DNA of 64,000 nucleotides from Phoronis australis (Eukaryota > Animalia > Phoronida), in NCBI GenBank assembly GCA_002633005.1, contig NMRA01000792.1, forward strand, positions 1 through 64,000, given 5' to 3'. The notes under the pieces are model-generated. The model saw nothing but the letters and a program-made list of their open reading frames with translations, did not search any database and was not told where the DNA came from. This document shows, one piece after another, positions 63,411 through 64,000 of this stretch; positions within the stretch are counted from its first letter, which is position 1; each line of letters starts with the position of its first letter. A program made the translations under genes and the position numbers.

Positions 63411-64000
63411 GTATGTCAACTGGCAATAGCCATTTATGTGGCTCCTGGACTTTGAGAACCAGTTTGATGCCAGTTATTCAGCTTCGGAAACTGGTTCTCA
63501 AAATGTTGAGTGCTGAAAGGGATTATTCCCATTTGTCTCACTTATGGCACAAGCGGAATTTGAAGTTTAGACACCGGGGATGTAGATTTGAATTTGACAT
63601 ACTTGACCTTTAGAAAAGTATTGTTTATGTTTTTTTTGCAAAAATGTGTATGGACATGCTTTATGATCGGCATTCTTTTGAAATTTGTGGAAATTTCTCC
63701 CGAGATCGCATGGCCGTAGTTGCAGACCTGTGTGCCGTACGCAAAACATGCGGATTCGTATGGAAATTTGGCTTGTAGCTTACAAGTACGCAAGACCAGG
63801 CAAAAGTATGCAAATTGGAAGCAGAATTTGTTTACTAAGTTGTTACTAATACTAGAAATAGAAGATTTTTTCAAGTTGATATCAAGAAAGTATTTTTATG
63901 TTAACTAAACGTGAGAGCAAGATAATCGATGAATTGCAAGGCTTCTTCTGTCTGTATTCATCATCAACAGCCTAAATTATAAGCAATGGCATCTGTGGTT

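Overview
This is eukaryotic (animal, probably invertebrate) genomic DNA from a gapped draft assembly; the species cannot be named from sequence. Three intron-containing + strand genes can be rebuilt by hand with consistent GT-AG splice phases. (1) A small secreted protein at 6291-9542: signal peptide, PAN/Apple domain, Thr-rich repeat linker, second PAN-like module. The ORF track largely misses it. (2) A complete 15-exon RalGDS/RGL-family Ral GEF (REM, Cdc25 and RA domains, about 663 aa) at 14283-41326. (3) An INPP5E-like inositol polyphosphate 5-phosphatase with a long low-complexity N-terminus, starting at 54566 and running off the window. Introns and spacers hold two Ty3/Gypsy 5' ends with LTR and tRNA primer-binding site, a Helentron-associated (HINE-like) element, several MITEs, a nested transposon complex at 48.5-52 kb, a tRNA-derived SINE-like fragment and many minisatellites. 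Three duplications beside N-gaps, two containing RalGDS exons, look like uncollapsed alleles. I found no clearly new biological system. The best leads are a triplicated INPP5E splice acceptor whose extra copies would add a stop codon, the two-PAN secreted protein, an A-B-A'-B' nested inverted element and an AP-1-site minisatellite downstream of RalGDS.
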